Source of the DNA: Myxococcales bacterium
GTDB lineage: Bacteria; Myxococcota_A; UBA9042
Direction: 5' to 3'
Length of the DNA: 64,000 nt
Assembly (NCBI GenBank): GCA_023954815.1
Contig: JAGSHB010000007.1
Span: 3,626-67,625, forward strand
Both the position numbers and the translations under genes were made by a program. Position 1 is the first letter of the stretch. The number at the start of each line of letters is the position of its first letter. This document shows positions 27,194-37,390 of this stretch, piece after piece. Below the pieces are notes generated by a model that was not told the DNA's origin, did not search any database, and saw only the letters and a list, made by a program, of their open reading frames with translations.

Positions 27194-28417
27194 CTACAGC
27201 ATGTGGCCAAGACGATCGCGCTTGGTCGCTAGGTAGCGTTGATTGTGCTCGGTCTGCGGCAGCACCAAAGAGACGCGTTCGACCACCTCGATACCCAAAC
27301 GCTCCATGGCCGTGACCTTCTCGGGGTTGTTGGTCATCAAGCGCACGCGCCGAATGCCCATGGTCCGCAGCACCTGGGCTGCGGCGGCGTAATCGCGCTG
27401 ATCGACCGGAAAACCAAGCTCTAAGTTGGCATCCACCGTGTCCATCCCGGCGTCTTGCAGATCGTAGGCCTTGATCTTGCCTACCAGCCCGATGCCGCGA
27501 CCTTCCTGACTCAAGTAGATCAGCGCGCCGCAGGCTTCATCGTCGATGCGGCGCAGGGCCTCATGCAGCTGCACGCCGCAATCGCACCGATGGGAGTGCA
27601 GAATGTCTCCCGTCAGGCATTGGCTGTGCACGCGCACGAGCGGGGCAGTCTGGCCACAGAGCTCACCGCGAGCGAGCGCAACGTGGGCGCCGCCGTCAAG
27701 GACCGTCCGCCAAACCTGCACGCGAAAGTTGCCATCCTCAGCGGGGACTTCGCCCTCACGGACGATCTGCACCAGCTGCTCGTCGACCGAGCGGAGCAAC
27801 ATCACATCGCTGACGTAGACCACCGGCCAACCCCGCTCGGCAGCAAAGTCCGGCGCGTCGGCAGCGCTCAACTCACTGACACCGCTGATCACATGGGCCA
27901 AGGCAGCACCGCCCTGCTGGCCGGCGATGGCCATCAGATCGTGCGCGGCTTCAGGACCGTAGGGCCGCTTGAGGCAACCCATCTGCGCAACGCGAATCGG
28001 CATCACGTGCCCGGGACGAAGCAGATCGTCGTGGTCGGTGCTCGGATTGCACAGCGCCGCGACCGTCAAAGCGCGATCCAGGGCGCTGATCCCAGTGCTG
28101 ACACCCTCAGCCGCCTCAACGCTCACGGCATAGCGCGGCGTGTCAGGGGTCGTCCGGCGGGGTGGAATCTCGGCCAGGCGGAGGGCGTCGGCCCGCGTGT
28201 CGCCAACAGTCGTGGAGATGATGCCACCTGCCGCGGAGACGAGATGGTTCATGCGATCAGCGGTCATGCCGTGACCGATCATCACCGCCCAGACCGCGCT
28301 GGAAGCGCCAGCGTCTTCGACTACGCAAGCGACCTTTCCTGCGCAGAGGGCCTGCACTGCAGCGTTGACGCGCGTGCGGACAGCTTCGATTCGTTGATGG
28401 GAGGGAGTGGCGTTCAA
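27194..28417 (-). CDS. ribA: RibBA fusion: degenerate DHBP synthase domain plus intact GTP cyclohydrolase II
   Basis: C-domain RVHSQCLTGD...RCDCG, QEGRGIGL, RDY, LMTNNPEK. N-domain keeps TGISA.DRA and RPGH but lacks RENEGD. Confidence 0.9.
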   Translation of the reverse strand: MNATPSHQRIEAVRTRVNAAVQALCAGKVACVVEDAGASSAVWAVMIGHGMTADRMNHLVSAAGGIISTTVGDTRADALRLAEIPPRRTTPDTPRYAVSVEAAEGVSTGISALDRALTVAALCNPSTDHDDLLRPGHVMPIRVAQMGCLKRPYGPEAAHDLMAIAGQQGGAALAHVISGVSELSAADAPDFAAERGWPVVYVSDVMLLRSVDEQLVQIVREGEVPAEDGNFRVQVWRTVLDGGAHVALARGELCGQTAPLVRVHSQCLTGDILHSHRCDCGVQLHEALRRIDDEACGALIYLSQEGRGIGLVGKIKAYDLQDAGMDTVDANLELGFPVDQRDYAAAAQVLRTMGIRRVRLMTNNPEKVTAMERLGIEVVERVSLVLPQTEHNQRYLATKRDRLGHML

Positions 28418-28607
28418 GGGATGCCTCCGGTGGCGCCAGGCCTGGCGCGGGGCGGATGGTCCGGATCAATGAGCCGAGAGTCAACGGTCAAGTCGCTATC
28501 AGTGGCGCTGGCCTACAAAATTGCGCGATTGACACCCGGGTTTCCGGTCGGTGACTGTACCGCCACTTGGTGCCAACCCAACCCCAAATGGCGCCTCGGA
28601 GACGACC

Positions 28608-29591
28608 ATGAAATCGACCCGCCTCGCCGTCCTCGCTGTTGTAGCGATCGGAGGACTCAGCCAGTCTGCCTGCAACAGTTGCAACGAAGAAGCCGCGCCC
28701 AAAGCCCGCAATTCTGGGGAAAAAGCGACCGCTGCCCCAGCAACTCCAGCGGCGGCTCCCACGGCTGCGCCCCCTACCAAGGCCGTGCCCAAGGCCGAGC
28801 CAGAGGCCAAAGTCGCGTATCGCGGCCCGACATCGAACAACACGGCTGGCTACACGATCACGACCGGGTTCTCTGGCGAAAAGGGCAAGCCGGTGTCGCA
28901 GCCGAGCGCCCTGGAGACCACCACCGCGTTCGTCACCGTCCTCGGTCCGGGTGATATCCCGATGGGCGTGTTCGACACGTTCGAGGGCGCGGAGATGCAC
29001 GCGTTTCTGCTCGCGCGGGACATGCGGCACGCGCACTACACGAAGACATCCGGGGCGGTGGCTGAGGGCGCAGATGCACGAAAAGTCGCGTTCGCGCCGC
29101 GGGAAGGTGGCGATCACGCGCTCGTGACGGTGTTCAAGCCGGTGGGCAAGCCCCCTCAAGCCGTGGCGACGCCCGTCGTCTTCAAGGGCGCCCTGCCGCA
29201 GATCGCAGGTCGCGGCGTCGCTGGCCTCTCCCATGCCAGCCGCATCAAGGGCGGCGATGTACGGATGAAGGTGACGCCTACGAAGCCGCACGTGGGTCAG
29301 ACGATCACCCTGACGACCGAGACCTTCAACAATACGGGCGCGGCCACCGGCTCCAAACGACTGCCGTTTCTAGCGATTGTGAACGACCAGATGGGCGGCG
29401 GCGAGGTATTGACGGTCTCTGCAGCCGGCACCAGTCAGTGGACTCCAAAGACCGCCGGAACATGGCTCGTGGTCGCACCGATGAAGGACAGTGGCACGCC
29501 CGTGACGTTCAAGCTGGTCGTCGCCGAAGCCCCAGAAGCCGCAGAAGCCCCAGAAGCCCCAGCCCAGCCCGCAGCCAAGGGAGCCAAATAA
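28608..29591 (+). CDS. Secreted/lipoprotein, possible heavy-metal-binding family
   Basis: Signal/lipobox QSAC, Ala/Pro linker, MHAFLLARDMRHAH motif. TAATG overlap with tyrS. Confidence 0.6.
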   Translation: MKSTRLAVLAVVAIGGLSQSACNSCNEEAAPKARNSGEKATAAPATPAAAPTAAPPTKAVPKAEPEAKVAYRGPTSNNTAGYTITTGFSGEKGKPVSQPSALETTTAFVTVLGPGDIPMGVFDTFEGAEMHAFLLARDMRHAHYTKTSGAVAEGADARKVAFAPREGGDHALVTVFKPVGKPPQAVATPVVFKGALPQIAGRGVAGLSHASRIKGGDVRMKVTPTKPHVGQTITLTTETFNNTGAATGSKRLPFLAIVNDQMGGGEVLTVSAAGTSQWTPKTAGTWLVVAPMKDSGTPVTFKLVVAEAPEAAEAPEAPAQPAAKGAK

Positions 29592-30898
29592 TGAGCAAGG
29601 ACAATTTGCTAGATGAGCTGCAATGGCGCGGCCTCGTTCACCAAGTCACCGACGAAGCTGTCGCGCGGAAAGCGTTCGACGGCCAAACCGCTGCCTACAT
29701 CGGCTTCGACCCCACGGGCACCAGCCTGCATGTCGGATCGCTCCTGCAGATCATGAATCTCGTCCGGCTGCAGCGTGCTGGCCATCGCGCCATCGCGCTG
29801 GTGGGCGGTGGCACAGGGCTGATCGGCGATCCCAGCGGCAAGTCGGCAGAGCGCACCCTGCTCACGAGCGAACTTGTACGCGCAAATGCGGAGGCGATCC
29901 GCAGCCAATTAGCCAGATTTCTGGACTTTGAGGGCGAAAACCCCGCGCAAATGGTCAACAACGTCGACTGGCTCGAGGGCGTCGGCTTACTGGCCTTTCT
30001 GCGGGACGTTGGCAAACACTTCAGCGTCAACGCCATGGTCCAGCGCGACTCGGTGCGCACCCGCCTCGAAGGGCGCAACCAAGGCATCTCCTACACCGAG
30101 TTCAGCTACATGCTGCTCCAGGCCTACGACTTCCTGGCGCTGTACCGAGACCACGGCTGCCAGGCGCAGCTCGGTGGCTCCGATCAGTGGGGCAACATGG
30201 TCAGTGGCTCGGACTTGATCCGGCGCGAAGGTCTGTCGGGTGACGGTGCTGCCAATGACAGGCCGCCCTTCGCTGTGACTTCGCCGCTGATCACGACGCG
30301 CGCGGGCAAGAAGTTCGGCAAGACTGAAAAGGGCGCCGTCTGGCTCGATGCGGATCGCACGTCGCCCTACGCCTTCTACCAATTCTGGCTACAGACAGAA
30401 GATGCCGACGTGGGGCCGTACCTGCGCTACTTCACCTTGCTTGGCCGCGCCGAGATCGAGGCGCTGGAGACCGCACACGACGCCGAGCCCCACAAGCGTA
30501 TCGGGCAGAAAGCGCTGGCCGAGAACGTGACCGCATTCGTGCACGGCGACGAAGCGCTGGCCGATGCGATGCGGGCGACGCAGGTTCTCTTTACCGGAGA
30601 CGTGCAGGGTGTGCCGGCAGCGACGCTGGAGCAGATCTTCGCCCATGTGCCCGGTGGGACCGTCTCGCGGGATGAGATGGATGCGGCGGAGTGGGGCGTG
30701 CGAACGCTGCTGGTCGGGCAAGGGCGCCCATTTGCCAGCAATGGCGAGGCCAAGAAGGCCCTCAAGGCGGGGAGTGTGCGCATCAACGGCACGCGGCTCG
30801 ACGCCAACCCCAACGCCAAGTTCGACACGCTCATCGACGACCGACTTGCCGTCATTCGCGTCGGCAAAAAGCGCTACCACTTGATGCAGGTGACGTAA
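29591..30898 (+). CDS. tyrS: Tyrosine--tRNA ligase
   Basis: YIGFDPTGTSLHVGS, ISYTEFSY, QLGGSDQWGN, KFGKT, C-terminal S4 domain. Confidence 0.98.
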   Translation: MSKDNLLDELQWRGLVHQVTDEAVARKAFDGQTAAYIGFDPTGTSLHVGSLLQIMNLVRLQRAGHRAIALVGGGTGLIGDPSGKSAERTLLTSELVRANAEAIRSQLARFLDFEGENPAQMVNNVDWLEGVGLLAFLRDVGKHFSVNAMVQRDSVRTRLEGRNQGISYTEFSYMLLQAYDFLALYRDHGCQAQLGGSDQWGNMVSGSDLIRREGLSGDGAANDRPPFAVTSPLITTRAGKKFGKTEKGAVWLDADRTSPYAFYQFWLQTEDADVGPYLRYFTLLGRAEIEALETAHDAEPHKRIGQKALAENVTAFVHGDEALADAMRATQVLFTGDVQGVPAATLEQIFAHVPGGTVSRDEMDAAEWGVRTLLVGQGRPFASNGEAKKALKAGSVRINGTRLDANPNAKFDTLIDDRLAVIRVGKKRYHLMQVT

Positions 30899-31216
30899 GA
30901 GAGCGGCGCCCGTGTGATGAAACTGCGCCCAACGCTGCTCGGCAGTGGCGTCCCCACCGTTGTCGAAGCCATCAGCGCGCGAAAAGGCTGATTGGCCGGG
31001 TAAATGAGCCCCGCAGCGCTAGGATGGGTAGGTTGAGGGGCCAGTTCGCAGGTGGTGCAGCCGATACCTTCCGAGCATGGCCAGCCCCCATGGACGCCCG
31101 CCAATGACGCGACCACGCGGGGAAGTTGACGCAGTGCGCCAAAACGTGCACTCCGAGACGGTCACAGTGCGCTCGACGAAGGGTCGATCGCCACTGCCGA
31201 CTCACCAGGAGAGACG

Positions 31217-31843
31217 ATGACCACCGAGACCGCCCGCGAGCCCCGGCTGATCAAGCGCTACGCCAATCGCAAAATGTACGATACCGAGCGGTCTTGCTAC
31301 ATCACGCTGGAAGAAGTCTCGCAGATGGTTCGCGCTGGCGAAGACGTCAAAGTCATCGACAATAAAACCAAAGATGACCTGACGGAAGTGACGCTGACCC
31401 AGGCCCTGCTCGACAGCAAGCGCAAGAAGCGCAGCGGCGTGTCGCTGGTCGAACTGCGCAAGATGATAGCTTCCGGCAGCGATTTCATTCAGCGCAGCAT
31501 CGGTGAGCCAGTCAGCCGCGCCCAGCGCGACGCCGAGCGCACCGTCGAAAAGTGGCGCACGGAGGCCGAACGCACGGTCGATCGCGTACTGCAACGCTCC
31601 GAAGGGGAAGACGGCGAAGAGGTCGTCGTTCCCGCCCCGCCAGAAGCCACGACCCCAGAAGAAGCGGCGTTCGACAGCCGCGTGTCGGCTCTTTTTGCCC
31701 ATCTGGCCGCCGATGCCCGCAAAGAGTTAGGCGCTCAGAACAAAGAACTGCGGCAACGTGTGAGCGCGCTGGAAGCGCGGATCGAGGCGCTTGAGTCCGC
31801 AGGTCAAAGCAACGGCGCGGCCAGCGACGACGCGAGCGACTAA
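31217..31843 (+). CDS. PHA synthesis regulator (PhaR-like) DNA-binding-domain protein
   Basis: IKRYANRKMYDTERSCYITLEEV..MVRAGEDVKVIDNKT.DDLT..TL.Q; coiled-coil C-terminus. Confidence 0.88.
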   Translation: MTTETAREPRLIKRYANRKMYDTERSCYITLEEVSQMVRAGEDVKVIDNKTKDDLTEVTLTQALLDSKRKKRSGVSLVELRKMIASGSDFIQRSIGEPVSRAQRDAERTVEKWRTEAERTVDRVLQRSEGEDGEEVVVPAPPEATTPEEAAFDSRVSALFAHLAADARKELGAQNKELRQRVSALEARIEALESAGQSNGAASDDASD

Positions 31844-31933
31844 GGCTTGAGCAATGCCTCGGTCTTGGTGAACAATTGGTGTCACACATACGTTGAGAAC
31901 CCGGTGCCCCAACATCCGAATCAGGAGGACCCC

Positions 31934-32401
31934 ATGACCCACCCCAAGTTTGTCACCGCCACGGCTGCCCTGCTGGCCTGCGCGCTGTTTGTCACCGCTG
32001 CACCATCTGTTGCCTTCGCTGACGAGGACGAGGTGCCCGGCGAGGCGTCGTTCAAAACGCCATTCGAGTTCGTAAAGTTCAGCGTCAATGGCAAGACTGA
32101 GTGGGAAAACCACGAGTACACCGGTCGTCAAAAGACCCTGGTGATCATGGGTCTGTCGCGCTCGGACGACGCAACGATCGTGCTGACGCCGCGCAATGGC
32201 GAATATCAGCCCCTGACGATCGTCATCAAACCGTCGGACTACAAGCGCAAGCGAGTCCGCAAAAATGGCCGCCGCATCGCTGTGTTTCGCTACGCAAAGC
32301 GCGTGAAATTCACCAAGATTGGTAAGGAAAAGCCCAAAGCGAAGGCCAAGGCAAAGCCCGCTCCAAAGGCGAAGAAGAAGGCTGCCAAGAAGCGCAAGTG
32401 A
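31934..32401 (+). CDS. Secreted protein with Lys/Ala-rich C-terminal tail
   Basis: AGGAGG RBS, signal peptide ending AFA, tail KPKAKAKAKPAPKAKKKAAKKRK. Confidence 0.8.
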   Translation: MTHPKFVTATAALLACALFVTAAPSVAFADEDEVPGEASFKTPFEFVKFSVNGKTEWENHEYTGRQKTLVIMGLSRSDDATIVLTPRNGEYQPLTIVIKPSDYKRKRVRKNGRRIAVFRYAKRVKFTKIGKEKPKAKAKAKPAPKAKKKAAKKRK

Positions 32402-32536
32402 TCCCAATAAAACCCTAGCGCCACTCATCTCAGTGGCGTGGATCAATGTTCATGAGGCGGTCGACAGCGTACGCTCTTGCGCAGGAGAGCCGCCTCAGAA
32501 CTGGGCCGACCGCGCCCCCTTGCCCCGAGGGTTGTC

Positions 32537-33643
32537 ATGTCAGATTCGATGGACCGTTTTGGTATCATCCTGCGCTTTGCTGCTGAGCGGCACCTGACCG
32601 ATGTGCATTTCAAGGCCGGCCAACGCCCGCTGTATCGGCGGGCTGGGCGCCTGATTTCACGGCGCGAAGAAGCCACTTTTGACGATGTCGCCCTGACCGA
32701 GATCGCTGGCGGCCTGTTCAACGCCGAGCAAGCCCAAGCGTTCAATGAAGGGGAAGAAGTCACCACGTCCTACGGGCTGGTGGGTACCGGGCGCTTCCGT
32801 GTTCACGTCTTCCGCCAACGCGGCACCATCAGCCTGGCTGCCCGGGTGCTCCCGTCCCGCGTAGTCTCCATTCGCGAGCTGCACTTGCCCCAAGCGACGG
32901 GCAGTCTCGTCAACGCTGAAAGCGGACTGGTGCTGGTCTGCAGTGGTGGCGGCCAAGGTCGTACGTCGACGCTCGCGGCGATGATCGACGCCGTAAATAC
33001 GGCCTCTCAGCTCACCCGCCACGTCGCCACCGTCGAGTCGCCAATCGAGGTCCTCTTCGAAGACAAACTCGCCTGGATTAGCCAGCGCGAAGTGGGCATC
33101 GACTGCAATAGTTACGTGGCCGGCATCAAGGGTGCGCTCAAGCAAGACCCAGATGTGCTCATGGTTGACGACGTGGGTGACCGCGATGTGTGGGATGCGG
33201 TCCTCGGCGCCGCCGAGTCTGGTTGTCTGGTCGTGGCGTGTGTGCGGGCGATGGATCTGTCGCAGATGTTCCGCTACCTCATCGGCCTCGGCGGCGAGCA
33301 AGAGGCGGGTTGGCGTAGTCGACTCGCCGGGCTGTTCCTCGGTGCGATCTCCACGAAGTTGGTACACTCCGCCGACGGCAAGGCCCGCTATCCGGCGTGT
33401 GAAGTCCTCATGGCGAACGATGTCGTCTACACACTGGTACGCGACGGTCACGATCCGGCGACCCTGTACGACGTGATGCACCAGCACCAGCCACAGGGCA
33501 TGCAGACCATCGATCAGAGCCTGCACGACATGCTCAACGCGAAGGTGATCACAGGCGAGATCGCCCTCGCTCACGCCATGCGGCCGGCCGAATTGCAGAA
33601 TATGCGCTCCACCGGCGCGCGCTATGAGTCGGGTCTATTTTAG
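32537..33643 (+). CDS. PilT/PilU-family protein with degenerate ATPase motifs
   Basis: TDVHF, GRFRVHVFRQRG, ESPIE, QREVG.D, ALKQDPDV and GMQTIDQSL are retained. Walker A reads SGGGQGRT. Confidence 0.85.
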   Translation: MSDSMDRFGIILRFAAERHLTDVHFKAGQRPLYRRAGRLISRREEATFDDVALTEIAGGLFNAEQAQAFNEGEEVTTSYGLVGTGRFRVHVFRQRGTISLAARVLPSRVVSIRELHLPQATGSLVNAESGLVLVCSGGGQGRTSTLAAMIDAVNTASQLTRHVATVESPIEVLFEDKLAWISQREVGIDCNSYVAGIKGALKQDPDVLMVDDVGDRDVWDAVLGAAESGCLVVACVRAMDLSQMFRYLIGLGGEQEAGWRSRLAGLFLGAISTKLVHSADGKARYPACEVLMANDVVYTLVRDGHDPATLYDVMHQHQPQGMQTIDQSLHDMLNAKVITGEIALAHAMRPAELQNMRSTGARYESGLF

Positions 33644-33716
33644 CAGCGTGCGGCGTAGTTAAAATGACTGTCGCAGCACCCCGCTAGTTTTCTTCATCAT
33701 TGGGGGACTAGGAGCG
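33641..33716 (+). repeat. 76-bp dispersed structured element, copy A
   Basis: 70/76 identical to the reverse complement of 54256-54331 (manual alignment). Confidence 0.9.
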
Positions 33717-33871
33717 GCCCCTGTCGTTCACGTGTCAGCGCGGAACAGTTCGAAGTGCTGGGCCGTGATGCGGGAATCTCCGGCGCGCGTATCGCGTTGA
33801 TCCAAGGTTGACGCCCCCGCCCGTCCGCTTACCTTCTCTTATCGCAGTTCATGCGCTCAAGGAGACCTACG

Positions 33872-34648
33872 ATGCCCACCCAGCAAGACCCTCGCACTCA
33901 GACTCGCCCATGGGCTGAGCCCCAGGAGCAGCCGACCGGCGTGCCGGGTACCCGCGGCCTCGGCAACGTCGGTTCATTCGAGCACGGACGCCGCTCCGAG
34001 ATGGCCGTGACCTTCATGAACCATGTCTTCGGCTGGATGGCAGGCGGATTGGCCCTGTCCGGTGCCGTCGCCTGGGTCGTGATGAGTTCTGCGGCAATAT
34101 TCAGCACCGTCTCGAGCCTCTTCTTGCCCCTCGTCATCGGCGAGCTGGTGATGGTGGTCGTGCTCAGCGCGCGACTGCACAAGATGAGCGCCGCGACTGC
34201 AGGTGCCATGTTCCTGGCCTACGCCGCGCTCAACGGACTGACGCTGGGTGTCGTCGTGGCGATGTATACGGGCGCCTCGGTCGCGAGGGTGTTCTTCATC
34301 ACCTCGGGCACGTTCGGCGCCATGGCTGTCATTGGCGCGACGACCAAGAAAGACCTGACGGGCATGGGCTCGTTCCTGATGATGGGGGTGATCGCCATTA
34401 TCATCGCATCGGTCGTCAATCTCTTCCTAGCCTCGTCGGCGTTGGATTGGACGATTAGCGTCGTCGGCGCGCTCATCTTCGCTGGGCTGACCGCCTACGA
34501 TGTGCAGAAGTTCAAGGCTGCGGGTTACATGGGGTTCGCGACCAAGCGTGAGGCCGGTCAGGGCGCGATTCGCGGTGCGCTGAACCTGTACCTCGACTTC
34601 ATCAACATGTTCCTCTTCATGCTGCGCCTGTTTGGCGACCGGCGGTAA
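33872..34648 (+). CDS. Bax inhibitor-1/YccA family membrane protein
   Basis: FMNHVFGWM, TKKDLT.MGSFL, AYDVQK, ALNLYLDFINMFLFMLRLFG. Confidence 0.93.
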   Translation: MPTQQDPRTQTRPWAEPQEQPTGVPGTRGLGNVGSFEHGRRSEMAVTFMNHVFGWMAGGLALSGAVAWVVMSSAAIFSTVSSLFLPLVIGELVMVVVLSARLHKMSAATAGAMFLAYAALNGLTLGVVVAMYTGASVARVFFITSGTFGAMAVIGATTKKDLTGMGSFLMMGVIAIIIASVVNLFLASSALDWTISVVGALIFAGLTAYDVQKFKAAGYMGFATKREAGQGAIRGALNLYLDFINMFLFMLRLFGDRR

Positions 34649-34683
34649 GATCCAGCGGGGCACAGCCATCCGCCCAACAAATA

Positions 34684-34717
34684 GAAGGGCCGCTCTCCAT
34701 TGGGAGAGCGGCCCTTC
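34684..34717. terminator. Bidirectional intrinsic terminator between convergent yccA-like and typA genes
   Basis: GAAGGGCCGCTCTCC-ATTG-GGAGAGCGGCCCTTC perfect 15-bp stem. Confidence 0.85.
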
Positions 34718-34774
34718 GTCTTTGGCGGAAACCGCGAGCCGTTACGCGGCTATGTGGCTGATTTTGTAGGCAGA

Positions 34775-36595
34775 TTAGGCCTTTTTACGCTTCTTGTCGT
34801 AACGCTTACGCTCGTTGTGATCGAGGTAGCGCTTGCGCAGGCGAATGCTCTTCGGTGTGACCTCGACCAGCTCGTCGTCGTCGATGAACTCCAGGCATGC
34901 CTCAAGGTTCATCTCCTTCGGTGGGGTCAAGATCAGCTTGTCATCAGCGCCGGCCGACCGGATGTTCGTCAGCTTCTTCGCCTTGCCTGGGTTGATGACC
35001 AGATCACTGTCCCGTGCGTGGATGCCGATAACCTGACCCTGGTAGATCTTGGCTGCAGCGCCAACCAACATCTGACCACGCTCCTGCAACGTAAAGAGGC
35101 TGTACGGGGTCGTTGTGCACGCCTCCAACGCGATGAGCATGCCGTTCTTACGACGACGGATCACACCGCGCCACGGTCCGTAGTGGCTGTAGTTGTGGTA
35201 GACGACGCCGGTTCCACGGGTGTCGGTCAGGAACTCAGACCGGTAACCGATGAGGCCGCGTGACGGCACGATGAACACCATCCGAGTGGTGCCGTCGCCG
35301 TTGACTCGCATGTCCTGCATCTCGCCGCCGCGCTTGGCGAGCTTGTCGATGACGGCGCCCGAGAATTCATCACCGCATTCAGCGACGACGTCCTCGTAGG
35401 GCTCAAGCACCGCACCCGACTCGTCCTTACGCGTGATCACGCTGGGCGAACCGACCTGCAGCTCGAACCCCTCGCGGCGCATGGTCTCAATGAGCACCGA
35501 CAGGCTCATGGTGCCGCGGCCTTTGACGCGCAGGACCTCGGGGCGCTCCGTCTCTTCGACGACGAGGCTGACGTTGTGCTCCAGCTCGCGATCGAGACGC
35601 TGCCGGATGTTACGACTGGTCACGAACTTGCCTTCCAGACCGGAAAACGGCGAGTCGTTGACCATGAACTCCATGCTCAAGGTGGGCTCATCGATCGGAA
35701 TGGAATCCAAGGGATCGAGGTGGCCTTCTGCGCAGAGCGTCTCACCGACGGTCACATCACCGACACCGGCCAAGGCGACCACGTCACCGGCGATGGCCGA
35801 ATCGATGTCGACGCGGTCGGTGCCCAAGAAGCCCATGAGCTTGCTGACACGGAAGCTCTCGGTGGAGCCGTCGACGCGAATCTGCACCAGGCGATCACCT
35901 TTGGCGATTGTGCCGCGGTAGATCCGGCCGATGGCGATACGGCCGACAAAGTCATCGCGATCGAGGGTCGCGACCTGCAGCTGCAGCGGGCCCTCGATGT
36001 CAAAATCGCAGGCTGGGACGTGCTCAAGCACCAGATCCATCAGCGGCGACAGGTCTTTCGGCTCGTCGTCCGGCTCATGCATCGCATAACCATCACGACC
36101 GCTGGCGTAAATGACCGGGAACTCCAGCTGATCTTCGTTGGCGTCCAGGTTCACGAACAGGTCGAAGACGTCATCGAGCACGCGATCGAGATCGCGGTCT
36201 GGGCGGTCGACCTTGTTGATGACCACGATCGGCTTGAGACCGAGCGCCAGGCTCTTGCGCAGCACAAAGCGCGTCTGCGGCATCGGGCCCTCGGCGGCGT
36301 CGACGAGCAACAGCACGCAATCAACCATGCGGAGGATGCGCTCCACTTCAGCACCGAAGTCGGCGTGGCCCGGGGTGTCGACGATATTGACGACGTTGCC
36401 CTTGTAGTGAACCGCCGTGTTCTTCGACAGAATCGTGATCCCGCGCTCGCGCTCAAGGTCGTTGCTGTCCATGACCCGCTCGTGAGCGAGGCCTGATCTG
36501 CCGACTGCGCCACACTGCTTGAGCACCTCGTCGATGAGGGTGGTCTTGCCGTGATCGACGTGGGCGATGATTCCGATATTGCGGACGCGCTGCAT
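34775..36595 (-). CDS. typA: Translational GTPase TypA/BipA
   Basis: [49 protein letters not shown]. Confidence 0.98.
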   Translation of the reverse strand: MQRVRNIGIIAHVDHGKTTLIDEVLKQCGAVGRSGLAHERVMDSNDLERERGITILSKNTAVHYKGNVVNIVDTPGHADFGAEVERILRMVDCVLLLVDAAEGPMPQTRFVLRKSLALGLKPIVVINKVDRPDRDLDRVLDDVFDLFVNLDANEDQLEFPVIYASGRDGYAMHEPDDEPKDLSPLMDLVLEHVPACDFDIEGPLQLQVATLDRDDFVGRIAIGRIYRGTIAKGDRLVQIRVDGSTESFRVSKLMGFLGTDRVDIDSAIAGDVVALAGVGDVTVGETLCAEGHLDPLDSIPIDEPTLSMEFMVNDSPFSGLEGKFVTSRNIRQRLDRELEHNVSLVVEETERPEVLRVKGRGTMSLSVLIETMRREGFELQVGSPSVITRKDESGAVLEPYEDVVAECGDEFSGAVIDKLAKRGGEMQDMRVNGDGTTRMVFIVPSRGLIGYRSEFLTDTRGTGVVYHNYSHYGPWRGVIRRRKNGMLIALEACTTTPYSLFTLQERGQMLVGAAAKIYQGQVIGIHARDSDLVINPGKAKKLTNIRSAGADDKLILTPPKEMNLEACLEFIDDDELVEVTPKSIRLRKRYLDHNERKRYDKKRKKA

Positions 36596-36715
36596 GAGCG
36601 GACCCCTTTTCTGCGGCGCGGAGGCCGTGCTGACAAGAGGAGCCAGAAGGCTCCGTGAAAAAAATGGCGGGAAGGTTGTGCGGACTGAGTCACCCGCAGC
36701 GATGCGCTGGTGACA

Positions 36716-37093
36716 CTACCCTTCTGAGCAGACACATTGCCGCGGGACGCGACGACGGTGATCCCGGCAGCGCTCGCGGCCAACGCGACACTGACCGATG
36801 AGTGCGGCTACCTCAGGGTAGGCGCGGCCGTAGGCGCAGAGATCTTCGGAGAGGTGGCAACTCTCCACACTGCGACCACACATTTCGTGACAGAAGTCCA
36901 AGGCGTCATCTTTCGAGGCGACTGAACTGATTTGGTAACCAAGCTGAAGTTGGCGGCTCGTAGCGACCTGAATCGCTACGCGATCCTTTTCGTCGACGCC
37001 CATGAGGCCGTCGATCCGCTGATCGGGTGCACTGCAAGCGCCAATGGCGCAAACCCCCACTAACAACAAGGCGATGACGAGTAGTCGACTCAT
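36716..37093 (-). CDS. Small Cys-rich lipoprotein
   Basis: Lipobox IGAC followed by eight further Cys in a helical C-terminal region. Confidence 0.65.
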   Translation of the reverse strand: MSRLLVIALLLVGVCAIGACSAPDQRIDGLMGVDEKDRVAIQVATSRQLQLGYQISSVASKDDALDFCHEMCGRSVESCHLSEDLCAYGRAYPEVAALIGQCRVGRERCRDHRRRVPRQCVCSEG

Positions 37094-37390
37094 GAAAATG
37101 CCGCGCTTCCGCGTCTCCTGCTTGGTCAAGTGCCGACCGCCAACGTCGTGGCGTAGGCGGAGCGTCTACCTGTGTAGGTCGCCAGTGTAAAGGCCGGGGT
37201 GACCCATAGCAAGGCGACGCGGGCGCAGTATCCCGATGACGGAGCGTTCGCTTTTATCAGTGATGTCCCACCCATGCCGTGAGCATCCGTCATCGCCTGG
37301 ACACTGGCCCACCATTGCACACAGACTCTGCCCTGCCGTCGCCTGGGCAGCAGCGCCCCGGCGGTCCCCCCCTATTAGCTGAGAACCGCC

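Noticed and set aside
28509-28524. Sigma-54-like TGGCCT...TTGC upstream of the 28608 gene
   Set aside because: The spacing is again one base too long.
30874-31116. 80-aa minus-strand ORF with CTTC between tyrS and the PhaR-like gene
   Set aside because: It overlaps the tyrS end, lacks an RBS and shows no family motif; probably a chance ORF.
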